Notes under the pieces: model-generated
Told to the model about the DNA's origin: nothing
Database searches by the model: none
What the model saw: only the letters and a program-made list of their open reading frames with translations
Made by a program: the position numbers and the translations under genes
Source: Verrucomicrobiia bacterium
GTDB lineage: Bacteria; Verrucomicrobiota; Verrucomicrobiia; Limisphaerales; UBA1319
Reading direction: 5' to 3'
NCBI GenBank assembly: GCA_963664225.1
Contig: OY760937.1
Location: 3,552,001 to 3,616,000 of the forward strand
Length of the DNA: 64,000 nt
In this document: positions 26,287-34,615 of the stretch, one piece after another
Layout of the letters: each line of letters starts with the position of its first letter
Position numbering within the stretch: the first letter of the stretch is position 1

Positions 26287-28145
26287 CGCACTTTACCCCC
26301 TTAAATTAGCCGCCAATCGGGCTTATCGCCTTTAAACGCAAGGGATTGAGGGGGAATGTAATAGTTCATATGTAGCCATACATATATCGATATTATATTT
26401 GACTATAAAACGCGCGTAACGTATTATGTGGCCATTATGAAGTCCGGCAAGCGTTTCCACCTCGAAATCCAAAGCCACAGGGCCAATCCCATCGGCCTGA
26501 TCCGCTCTTCCTACCGCGACTCCGACACCCAAGCTGTCAAACACACCCAGCACGGGCGCATCACCGGCGTGTCCCTGGACCAGCTCAAGCTGATCCAGGC
26601 CGCCTTTCAGGGCAAGGTCGTCCCCAAGGAGGATCCCAACGCCTTCCAATGCACCGATTCCAGGGAATACGGGGCCAGCCATGCCGTTGTGGAAACGGCC
26701 CGCCAATTGGGTTTGGACACCATTCTTTACTCCCGCAACGAGCCGTGGGTCCGGGATTGCCTGGCCATGATTGCTGGCCGGGTGGTTTATGCGGGCAGCA
26801 AACTGGCCCTGTCCCACCAGACCAAAAACAGCGCTCTGTGGGAGATCTGCGGGGTCACTGGCGAGGTGGATGTTGAAGACCACTGCTACCGGCCGATGGA
26901 CCGGTTGCTGGAGCGCCAGGAGGCCATTCAAAAAGCCCTGGCCAAAAAACATCTGCGCAATGGCCATGTCGTGCTCTACGACATCACCAGCAGCTATTTT
27001 GAGGGGGCCTACGAGCAAAGCGACGTCGTGCTTTTCGGCTACAACCGGGACTGCAAGAGCGGACACGAGCAGGTGGTCCTGGGTTTGCTCTGCGACGAGC
27101 GGGGCTGTCCGGTGGGCATCGAACTCTTTGCGGGCAACACGCAGGATGCCCAGACGGTGATCGATAAAATCCAGGAGCTGCGCCGTGAATACGGTTTGAG
27201 CGAGGTGACCTTCGTGGGCGACCGGGGCATGATCACCCAGGCCAACGCGCAGAAGCTTGAAAAGGTCCAGGGACTGCACACGCTCAGCGCGCTGACCCAT
27301 CGGCAGATGTTCGAACTGCTGGAGCGCAAAGTCATCCAACTCGAATTGTTCGACGAAAAGAAGATCGCCGAGGTGACCGACCCGGACAAGCCCGGCCAGC
27401 GCTATTGTCTCTGCCGCAATCCAGACACTCAGGCCCGGGAAACGGCCACCCGCCAACGGTTGCTCGAGCTCACCCGCCAGGGTATGGACAAGCTCGTCGA
27501 GCCCAAGAAAAAAAGGACCCCTGAGAAACTCGGTTCCCAGGTGGGGCGGCTGCTGGAAAAATACAAAATGGGTAAATTCATCCACTGGGAGGTTAAAGAG
27601 GGGCGGCTGGAATACCATTTGAAGCAGGAAGCCATCGGGCAGGAACAACTGCTGGACGGCTGTTACATTATTACCACCACCGTGACGGAAAGCCAGATGA
27701 AGACGGCCCAAGTAGTGGCCACCTACAAAAGCCTCACCTTTGTCGAGCAGGCCTTCCGCACCCTCAAGACCGTGGCCCTGGAGATTCGGCCGGTGTATCA
27801 CAAAAAGGATGATCGCATCCGCAGCCATGTGTTTTTATGCATGCTCGCCTATTACGTTTACTGGCACATGAAGCAACGATTGCAGCCGCTCTTTGAAAAG
27901 GATGGCAAGGGAAAGAAACGTCAATGGACCATGGAAAATGTGATTGAGCATTTGCGCGGCATCCGCAAACAACAAGTCAGCGTGGGCGGCGTGCACTTTG
28001 AGCAAATCTCTCAGCCCAACGAACAGCAGCAGGAAATCCTGAATCTGCTCGGAATCAAGCTGTAGCCATTTTGTTGAAATTCAAAATGAGCTCCACACCC
28101 TTGATTCTATTGGAGATTTCTTGTTTTTAAGCGGGGTAAAGTGCG
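26287..28145 (+). mobile_element. Complete IS1634-family insertion sequence (1859 bp)
   Basis: Terminal IR CGCACTTTACCCC(G)CTTAAA at both ends; 6-bp direct repeat TCTTAC at 26281-26286 and 28146-28151. Confidence 0.92.
26437..28065 (+). CDS. IS1634-family DDE transposase
   Basis: LYDITSSYFEG, FGYNRD, VGDRGM, VEQAFRTLK, IRPVYH and HVFLCMLAY. TTGACT-17 nt-TATTAT at 26399-26427 favours ATG 26437 over GTG 26428. Confidence 0.93.
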   Translation: MKSGKRFHLEIQSHRANPIGLIRSSYRDSDTQAVKHTQHGRITGVSLDQLKLIQAAFQGKVVPKEDPNAFQCTDSREYGASHAVVETARQLGLDTILYSRNEPWVRDCLAMIAGRVVYAGSKLALSHQTKNSALWEICGVTGEVDVEDHCYRPMDRLLERQEAIQKALAKKHLRNGHVVLYDITSSYFEGAYEQSDVVLFGYNRDCKSGHEQVVLGLLCDERGCPVGIELFAGNTQDAQTVIDKIQELRREYGLSEVTFVGDRGMITQANAQKLEKVQGLHTLSALTHRQMFELLERKVIQLELFDEKKIAEVTDPDKPGQRYCLCRNPDTQARETATRQRLLELTRQGMDKLVEPKKKRTPEKLGSQVGRLLEKYKMGKFIHWEVKEGRLEYHLKQEAIGQEQLLDGCYIITTTVTESQMKTAQVVATYKSLTFVEQAFRTLKTVALEIRPVYHKKDDRIRSHVFLCMLAYYVYWHMKQRLQPLFEKDGKGKKRQWTMENVIEHLRGIRKQQVSVGGVHFEQISQPNEQQQEILNLLGIKL

Positions 28146-28300
28146 TCTTACGCCCGAACCGCAAAATTCCCGATGGCCCATGGAAACGGTCGCGGTTGCG
28201 ATTGATCCTGGATTTGGGAGGAGTCAAAGGCGCTTGCTTCACGGGGGGGGTGGCGCGTAGTTTACGCTTGCGTCGGCCCTAAAAAGCAGACGGTTTAATC

Positions 28301-29197
28301 ATGCGAAAAATCGGCTACATCGAGCATCAGGCAGAGGCTCAGGCACTAAGCAATTTGCTTTTGGTGGAGGGTATCGAGAACCAGATCGAGGAGGACGGTC
28401 CGCAATGGGCCGTGTGGGTTCATGAAGAAGACCAACTGGCCCAGGCCGGACAGTTGCTCAAATCCTTTCAGGAAAAAACCGTCGCCGCGGACCCCGTGGA
28501 GGTGGCGGCCAAAGCGGCCCAATTGCGCGCGGCACAATCCCGGGCCAACACGAATTATAGGGACAGGGTTCACACCCGGGGCGAACTCCGATCCAGCATG
28601 ATGGGTCACAGCGCGGGGCCGATCACCATTCTGTGCGTGGTGATCTCCGCCATCGCCTTCATTTTATTGAAGCTGGGCCGACCTGAAATCAACTGGTTCT
28701 TTATCACGGATAACCCCATTTCGGTTTTCGGAATGGACCGGTTGCGGGGGTTGACAGAAATCCAGCAGGGACAGATTTGGAGATTGGTCACGCCCATCTT
28801 CGTGCACTTCGGATATCTGCACATTATTTTCAATGTGATGTGGATGATGGACCTGGGCGGCATGGTTGAATCCCGGCAGGGCAGCCGATTCCTCGCTTTG
28901 CAATTGACAGTGATCGCCATCGTCTCGAACCTTGCCCAGTATTTGGTGGCTAACCCAATTTTCGGCGGGTTGTCCGGCGTGGTTTACGGGTTGCTGGGAT
29001 ACATTTGGATCCGTGGCAAATACGATCTGACCTCGGGTTATTTTCTGCATCCCACGACGGTGGGAGCCATGTTGATCTGGTTTATCGCCTGCCTGCTCGG
29101 ACTTGTGGGTGGCGTGGCCAATACGGTCCACGCTGCCGGTCTGGTGATGGGCATGGTCTGGGGATACGCCGCAAGTCGGGTGAAATGGCGATCCTGA
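28301..29197 (+). CDS. glpG: Rhomboid intramembrane serine protease (GlpG-like)
   Basis: WRLVTPIFVHFGYLHIIFN, GLSGVVYG, ANTVHAAG. Confidence 0.9.
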   Translation: MRKIGYIEHQAEAQALSNLLLVEGIENQIEEDGPQWAVWVHEEDQLAQAGQLLKSFQEKTVAADPVEVAAKAAQLRAAQSRANTNYRDRVHTRGELRSSMMGHSAGPITILCVVISAIAFILLKLGRPEINWFFITDNPISVFGMDRLRGLTEIQQGQIWRLVTPIFVHFGYLHIIFNVMWMMDLGGMVESRQGSRFLALQLTVIAIVSNLAQYLVANPIFGGLSGVVYGLLGYIWIRGKYDLTSGYFLHPTTVGAMLIWFIACLLGLVGGVANTVHAAGLVMGMVWGYAASRVKWRS

Positions 29198-29384
29198 GCC
29201 GGTGGGTGCGGATCGAATGGATGTGACAGGTGAATAGTGCGGCAGGGCGGGCCGTGCTGATGGTGTTTTCTCTTTCAGATTTTAAATCCGCGAGACCATT
29301 GGAAACAGCCCTCGGGTCCTGCTTTTCCCGCGCTTGCGAAGGGACGCGGAGTGGTTCTACTATGTCCCGGATCGTCAGGAACCC

Positions 29385-30131
29385 ATGAGCGACACCCTTT
29401 CAGAGCAGGTCACGCAGTCTGCGGTACAGGAGGAAAAGCGAAATCTCCTGGCCCGACTGCTTTCGCACCTGGCCCATGAGATTCGCAATCCCCTCAGTTC
29501 GCTGGATATTCATGTGCAGCTTTTGGAGGAGGATCTGGCGGTGGGCGCGGCTCAGACGGCGCTGCCCAAGCCCATTCTCGACCGTTTCCAGATCATTCAT
29601 GGAGAACTGCGTCGTCTGGAGAATATTGTGACACGCTTTCTCCAACTGGCCGGGCCCTCGGACCTGGAACTGGCGCCGCTGTCGCTCAACGACCTGATTC
29701 TGCAGACCCGCGATTTGCTCGGTCCGGACGCCGAGGAGCGCAAGGTGCATTTGGAGGTGGAAATGGCGGAGGATCTTCCCAAAATCACGGCTGATTCGGT
29801 CCAGCTCAGCCAGGCGCTGATCAATCTGGTCATTAACGCCCTCCAGGCCGCGCCCGCCCGGGGCCATGTGTGGCTGCGGACGCGCCTGCTCTCCGCAACG
29901 GAACAAGTCGTGGAAATCTCGGACGACGGTCCGGGAATTCCGGCGGCAGATCAGGCGCGCATTTTTGAACCTTATTTCACCACGAAAAGCCAGGGCAGCG
30001 GCCTGGGATTGTGGATCACGCAGCAGATCGTGCTGGCGCACACGGGCACGCTCACGGTGACGAGCCAGGCGGATCACGGTTCGGTTTTTACGATTACACT
30101 GCCCGTTCAACCCGGCGCGAACAAACCCTGA
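29385..30131 (+). CDS. Histidine kinase lacking a sensor domain
   Basis: LAHEIRNPL about 30 residues from the start, NLVINA, DDGPGI, FTTK, GSGLGL. Confidence 0.88.
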   Translation: MSDTLSEQVTQSAVQEEKRNLLARLLSHLAHEIRNPLSSLDIHVQLLEEDLAVGAAQTALPKPILDRFQIIHGELRRLENIVTRFLQLAGPSDLELAPLSLNDLILQTRDLLGPDAEERKVHLEVEMAEDLPKITADSVQLSQALINLVINALQAAPARGHVWLRTRLLSATEQVVEISDDGPGIPAADQARIFEPYFTTKSQGSGLGLWITQQIVLAHTGTLTVTSQADHGSVFTITLPVQPGANKP

Positions 30132-30167
30132 CGGCGGCTTCAAACGCCGATCCTTTCCCATGATTTC

Positions 30168-31586
30168 ATGCAATTAACGCAACAAACCAAACCAAGCATT
30201 CTGGTGGCCGATGACGAACCCGGCCTGGGGCTGGGCATTTGCGAGGCGCTCGAACGCGAGGGTTACCAGGTCACCACGGCTCAGGACGGGGAGTCGGCAT
30301 TGAAGCTGGCTCAACAAGGCGGCTTCCACCTGATTATTGCGGATGTGCGCATGCCGGGTTGCACGGGGGTGGAATTGCTCGAGCGCGTCAAGGCCACAAA
30401 CCCGGAGGCGATCGTCATTCTGATGACCGCTTATGGAACGGTGACTACCGCCGTGGAAGCGATGAAACTGGGCGCTTACGATTACCTGCCCAAGCCGCTG
30501 GACTTGCGCCGGCTGCGGGCGGTCGTGAAGCAGGCGCTCGAATTTCAGTCGTTGATGGTCGAGAACAAGGAGTTGCGCCAGCGGCTGCAGAAAAAGAGCG
30601 CGTCGAGCCTGTTGATCGGCACGAGCGAACCGATGCTGGCCGTGACCCGGCTCATTGACGAGGTGGCGTCCAGCGATGTCACGGTGTTGATCCATGGAGA
30701 AAGCGGCACGGGCAAGGAATTGGTGGCCCGCGCGATTCACAGCAAAAGCCCGCGTCACAGCAAGCCGTTCATATCGGTCAATTGCGCCGCGCTGCCCGAG
30801 CAGCTGCTCGAAAGCGAATTGTTCGGGCATGTCAAAGGGGCTTTCACGGGCGCCTACACCACGCGCGCGGGGCGCTTTCAGATGGCCGAGGGCGGCACGC
30901 TGTTTCTGGACGAAGTGGCCGACATGCCCGCCAAGGGTCAGGGCGATCTGCTGCGGGTGCTCGAGGAAGGGGCCTTCCGCATGGTCGGCAGCAGCGAATC
31001 CACGCAGACCAACGTGCGCATTGTCACCGCCTCCAACAAAAACCTGTCTCAATCCGTGCAGGAGGGAAAATTTCGCGAGGACTTGTTCTACCGGCTCCAT
31101 GTGGTGCCCATCGAACTGCCGCCTTTGCGGGAACGCGCCGAGGATATTCCCCTGTTGCTGGTGCATTTTCTCCAGCAATTTGCGGCGAAACACCATCGCA
31201 CCCATCCCAGTCTCTCGTCGGAAGCCGCGCAGGTTTGCCAGCGCTACCGCTGGCCGGGAAATGTACGTGAATTGCGCAATATCGCGGAACGCCTGATCAT
31301 CACCGTGCATCACAAGGTCATTGAGGCCGCGGACCTGCCCGAGCCGATCCGGCAATCGGTCACCGCGCAAAACGAATTTCGCATCCGCGCCGGAATGCCG
31401 CTGGAGGAGGCGGAGAAGGAATTGATCCGGCAGACGCTGGTGCATGTTTCGTCGAATCGCGAGGAGGCCGCCAAGTCATTGGGAATCAGCCGCCGAACGC
31501 TGCAATACAAACTCAAACGCTACGGGTTGCTGCCTGGCGCGGAACCCGCTGCCGCCGAACCAGAGCCAAAAGATGAGACGCCGTAA
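30168..31586 (+). CDS. sigma54-dependent NtrC-family response regulator
   Basis: [25 protein letters not shown] and HTH LGISRRTLQYKL. Confidence 0.95.
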   Translation: MQLTQQTKPSILVADDEPGLGLGICEALEREGYQVTTAQDGESALKLAQQGGFHLIIADVRMPGCTGVELLERVKATNPEAIVILMTAYGTVTTAVEAMKLGAYDYLPKPLDLRRLRAVVKQALEFQSLMVENKELRQRLQKKSASSLLIGTSEPMLAVTRLIDEVASSDVTVLIHGESGTGKELVARAIHSKSPRHSKPFISVNCAALPEQLLESELFGHVKGAFTGAYTTRAGRFQMAEGGTLFLDEVADMPAKGQGDLLRVLEEGAFRMVGSSESTQTNVRIVTASNKNLSQSVQEGKFREDLFYRLHVVPIELPPLRERAEDIPLLLVHFLQQFAAKHHRTHPSLSSEAAQVCQRYRWPGNVRELRNIAERLIITVHHKVIEAADLPEPIRQSVTAQNEFRIRAGMPLEEAEKELIRQTLVHVSSNREEAAKSLGISRRTLQYKLKRYGLLPGAEPAAAEPEPKDETP

Positions 31587-31667
31587 TCCATTATCCATGA
31601 ACCAGGCGGCAGGAAACCCCCTACGGGAAGGGCGGTTTTGGAAGGGTCGCTCAAAAAACGCCTTTCT

Positions 31668-31784
31668 GTGCAATAATTGCGCCAATTCATGAACAGCACC
31701 GAAGAAACGCGGGTCGTGTATTTTGTAAATAACTTATAATGAGACTTTTACAAATACGACGCCTGCATGGTGCGCAGACTGCTA
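31668..31784 (+). promoter_or_regulatory. sigma54 promoter with upstream enhancer
   Basis: Palindrome GTGCAATAATTGCGC (31668-31682), an AT-rich spacer, then TGGTGCGCAGACTGCT (GG-N10-GC, 31768-31783). Confidence 0.65.
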
Positions 31785-31843
31785 TAGTCAGGAAGTGGAA
31801 TTTCTCGTTTGAATCGGGAAATTCATAAGAACGGGATAAAACC

Positions 31844-32338
31844 ATGACTCTGGGTAAATTCACAGAAACCAAGCTATTGGTGCCGAGGCTTTTGAGCACG
31901 GACCACATGGGGGCCATCAAGGAACTCAGCAAACGGCTCTATCTGGCGGGGCGGATTGACGATTCCCTGGCGTTTTTCCAGGCGGTTGTGGAACGGGAGT
32001 ATATGCTGCACAGCACGCCGGAGCGGGGAGTGGTATTTCCCCACGCGCGGGGCCATGGCGTGAATACGTTATCGTTTGCGGTTGGAATTTCCGCCGAAGG
32101 AGTCCCCTGGGGGTCGCCCCGCAGCCCATTGGCGCGGGTGGTCGTGCTGCTGGCGGTTCCGTTGTCTGAAACCCAGGTCTATCTGAACCTGCTGTCCAGC
32201 CTGTCGCGATTTGCCCAGGAGGATGATTTGCTCTCAGGACTGTGCGAATGTCGCCAACCGGAGGATATGTTTGCCCTGCTGGATTCGATCGTTCCGCCCT
32301 CCAATGCGCATCATGGCTCACATGGATCATCGATTTGA
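31844..32338 (+). CDS. PTS EIIA (fructose/mannitol/Ntr type) domain protein
   Basis: VVEREYMLHST..GVVFPHAR phospho-His motif; LLSSLSR. Confidence 0.85.
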   Translation: MTLGKFTETKLLVPRLLSTDHMGAIKELSKRLYLAGRIDDSLAFFQAVVEREYMLHSTPERGVVFPHARGHGVNTLSFAVGISAEGVPWGSPRSPLARVVVLLAVPLSETQVYLNLLSSLSRFAQEDDLLSGLCECRQPEDMFALLDSIVPPSNAHHGSHGSSI

Positions 32339-32367
32339 TCAGGGGATGACCGCAAGTGAATATTAAC

Positions 32368-32548
32368 CGGTAAGAGATTTAACCGCAAAGAGCGCAAAGA
32401 ACTCATAGAAAGAGGGTTGCAGAGGGTTTATAGAGGTTTTTGACAGCAGGAAAGCGCTACAAACCAGTGGAGTGATCGAGGCAAGTTGCGCGTGCGCAAG
32501 TTCCTATCTATGTGGTCTTTGCGCTCTTTGTGGTTAAATCTTTCACCG
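32368..32548. repeat. MITE/REP-like element with ~35-bp terminal inverted repeats
   Basis: AGATTTAACCGCAAAGAGCGCAAAGAACTCATAGA (32375-32409) matches the reverse complement of 32507-32541 with 3 mismatches. Confidence 0.8.
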
Positions 32549-32564
32549 TTTTCAAAATTCAGAC

Positions 32565-32613
32565 AAAAAAATGCGCGGAATGCATCGAACTGCTGATTTC
32601 GATGTACCGCGCA
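32565..32613 (-). terminator. Intrinsic terminator for the minus-strand small ORF transcript
   Basis: Stem TGCGCGG..TGCATCGAA / TTCGATGTA CCGCGCA, followed on the minus strand by a T7 run. Confidence 0.6.
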
Positions 32614-32724
32614 CTAATGGATTCTAAATCGAATGCTATGGAATACCTACGTTTGACCTATGACGGGCCGCATCTCATTGAATGATAGCGGCCTGCAAAC
32701 GTATTCGCAAAACAAGAGGCTTAA

Positions 32725-32853
32725 TTACTTACGGATGCCCTTGTTCTTCTTGCCCTGACCTTGGGGTTTCTGACCGGCAGGTGCAGCCGACTGAGGCTGG
32801 GTCTGTTGGTTCGAGGAATTCTGACCGGCGTTGTTCGTATTGTTGTCGCTCAT
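32725..32853 (-). CDS. 42-aa N/Q-rich small protein (not in the ORF track)
   Basis: Manual translation MSDNNTNNAGQNSSNQQTQPQSAAPAGQKPQGQGKKNKGIRK. It has an A-rich leader, a sigma54 promoter upstream and a terminator downstream. Confidence 0.6.
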   Translation of the reverse strand: MSDNNTNNAGQNSSNQQTQPQSAAPAGQKPQGQGKKNKGIRK

Positions 32854-32914
32854 AAATGTATGTTTTATGTTTGTTACTTAACTGGCTGATTGTTTTATCA
32901 ACCGCGAACACAAT

Positions 32915-33044
32915 ATGCAGGGGGCGTGCCAGAGGTCGGATATACTGTGTATAGGCCTAGTATATAACAAGATATGAATTATTGTGAGGTTTTTCGATTT
33001 TGGCCGCTGGGAGCTGGAAAGCCGCTTTTGCGCAATAGTTGCAC
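32915..33044 (-). promoter_or_regulatory. sigma54 promoter with upstream enhancer
   Basis: Minus strand TGGCACGCCCCCTGCAT (32931-32915); enhancer GTGCAACTATTGCGC (33044-33030). Confidence 0.75.
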
Positions 33045-33236
33045 CGTCAGCGGAACCCTGCGTGCAACACATTGCCCATTAGGAAGCGGATGAACCCAAT
33101 GGAACGGGTTGTTTTGGGGGAAAGAGGCTCCGTTCGTGGTTTACAGAATCAAGAATCATCGCCCCTCCATGACATCAAGCAAGGCGCCGTTGGAATCCAG
33201 TTCCATATCCAGGCAGGTTCCACTGCCTCTGCCAGG

Positions 33237-34601
33237 CTATTTGGAAAACAGGACGATGCGGTTGGTGTTTGTGCCGCGGGCGTTATTATCCACGCCCCAG
33301 CAGTTGGCTGTTTTGGTGAAGATCTGGGAGTTGATCAGGACCAGCCTCGGATGCAGCCCTGCCGCGATGCCGCATTCGAGGACGGCATCTTCGAGGCGCG
33401 TGGCTCCGGCATGGACCTCCCCCACTTCGAAGGCGATATGGCCCTTTGGATGGAGCACGCGGGCCAGTTCCTTGAACACGGCGGTCATGGCCTCGCGCCA
33501 CACGTCGAGTTTCTTGGGCACTGTCAGATGCACGCCTTCCAGATCGATTCCCAGAAACCAGCAGCGCAGCCAGTTGTCGCCCGCATAGTTGACGATATCG
33601 AGAAACGGCGGCGAAGTGACTACGAGGTTCACAGAGCCGGAGGGGATTTCAGGAGTCGCCGCGCAGGATTGGGTCAGGAGCATGGATTGCTTCGACGCGC
33701 GGGCAAGGGTTGCGCGCGTTCCCTCATTCAGTTCAGCCATAAGCTGCCGGGATTTCTTGAGTATGATCGTCGGCACCATCCGCCTCGGTGGCGTCTGATT
33801 GCGGCGCATATTGATGCGCGTCTGGGACTTGATGGAGACGGCCTGATTGGGCGGCAGCGTATAGACGCTGAAAAAACCGGCGGAATGGCCTGTGAGGCGG
33901 TTGAGGGCGACCATGGCAATCCAATGGTCCACGGAGTCCGTGAGGTTCCGCGCCTTGCGGTCCAGCAGGTATTCCTTAAGGGCGATGATTTCCCTCAACG
34001 TGTCCGGGTGATAGAACACGAGCAGGTCTTCGCGCCACTCTTTGGCCCTGGAAAAATCGATCTGCGCGATCCGTTCAGAAACCTCCTTCTCCGAAGGGGG
34101 ACACAAACGTGGACGGGTCAAAGTGACACTCAAGGGATTGACATCGCAGCCGAGGGGTTCGCGGCCCAGCAGCGCCGCCTCGATGAGCGTGGTGCCCCGG
34201 CCCATGAAGGGATCATAGACACGGTCGCCGGGACTCGTGAAACGCTCAATGAAAAACCGGGGCAACTGGGGCTTGAAACAGGCCCGATAGGAAACTTCGT
34301 GGAGGCTGTTCGCGGCGCGCTGTACGGCGGTCCAGAACTCATTGACGTAGGTCGGCACGTCGCGCTTTGTGCCATCCGACATCACGCTTGGGGTGGTCAG
34401 AATCTGGGTGGGCTTGCCAAACTCACAGAAGGCCGCCAGTTCGGACTCGATCGCGGCCTCGATTGACGCGTGCGTTTTTTGGGGCGCGCGCGCCGCCGCG
34501 GCCGCTTGCGACCGCTTGCCCAACTTCGGTTTCCCCGGTTCCACCGACACAGTGTCGGCAAAGCCAAATTCCAAATGAGCCGGATTTGTTTTTGCGCGCA
34601 C
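33237..34601 (-). CDS. Orphan amino-type DNA methyltransferase (N4mC-like)
   Basis: Motif I VYDPFMGRGTT precedes motif IV VVTSPPF. Start inferred at GTG 34601, just after the tyrS stop. Confidence 0.8.
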   Translation of the reverse strand: MRAKTNPAHLEFGFADTVSVEPGKPKLGKRSQAAAAARAPQKTHASIEAAIESELAAFCEFGKPTQILTTPSVMSDGTKRDVPTYVNEFWTAVQRAANSLHEVSYRACFKPQLPRFFIERFTSPGDRVYDPFMGRGTTLIEAALLGREPLGCDVNPLSVTLTRPRLCPPSEKEVSERIAQIDFSRAKEWREDLLVFYHPDTLREIIALKEYLLDRKARNLTDSVDHWIAMVALNRLTGHSAGFFSVYTLPPNQAVSIKSQTRINMRRNQTPPRRMVPTIILKKSRQLMAELNEGTRATLARASKQSMLLTQSCAATPEIPSGSVNLVVTSPPFLDIVNYAGDNWLRCWFLGIDLEGVHLTVPKKLDVWREAMTAVFKELARVLHPKGHIAFEVGEVHAGATRLEDAVLECGIAAGLHPRLVLINSQIFTKTANCWGVDNNARGTNTNRIVLFSK

Positions 34602-34615
34602 TGGAAAAATTCGGA

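Noticed and set aside
26332..27828. 498-aa antisense ORF inside the IS, and similar long antisense ORFs such as 43531-45246, 13582-14946 and 33039-34466
   Set aside because: These are shadow frames of real high-GC genes on the opposite strand.
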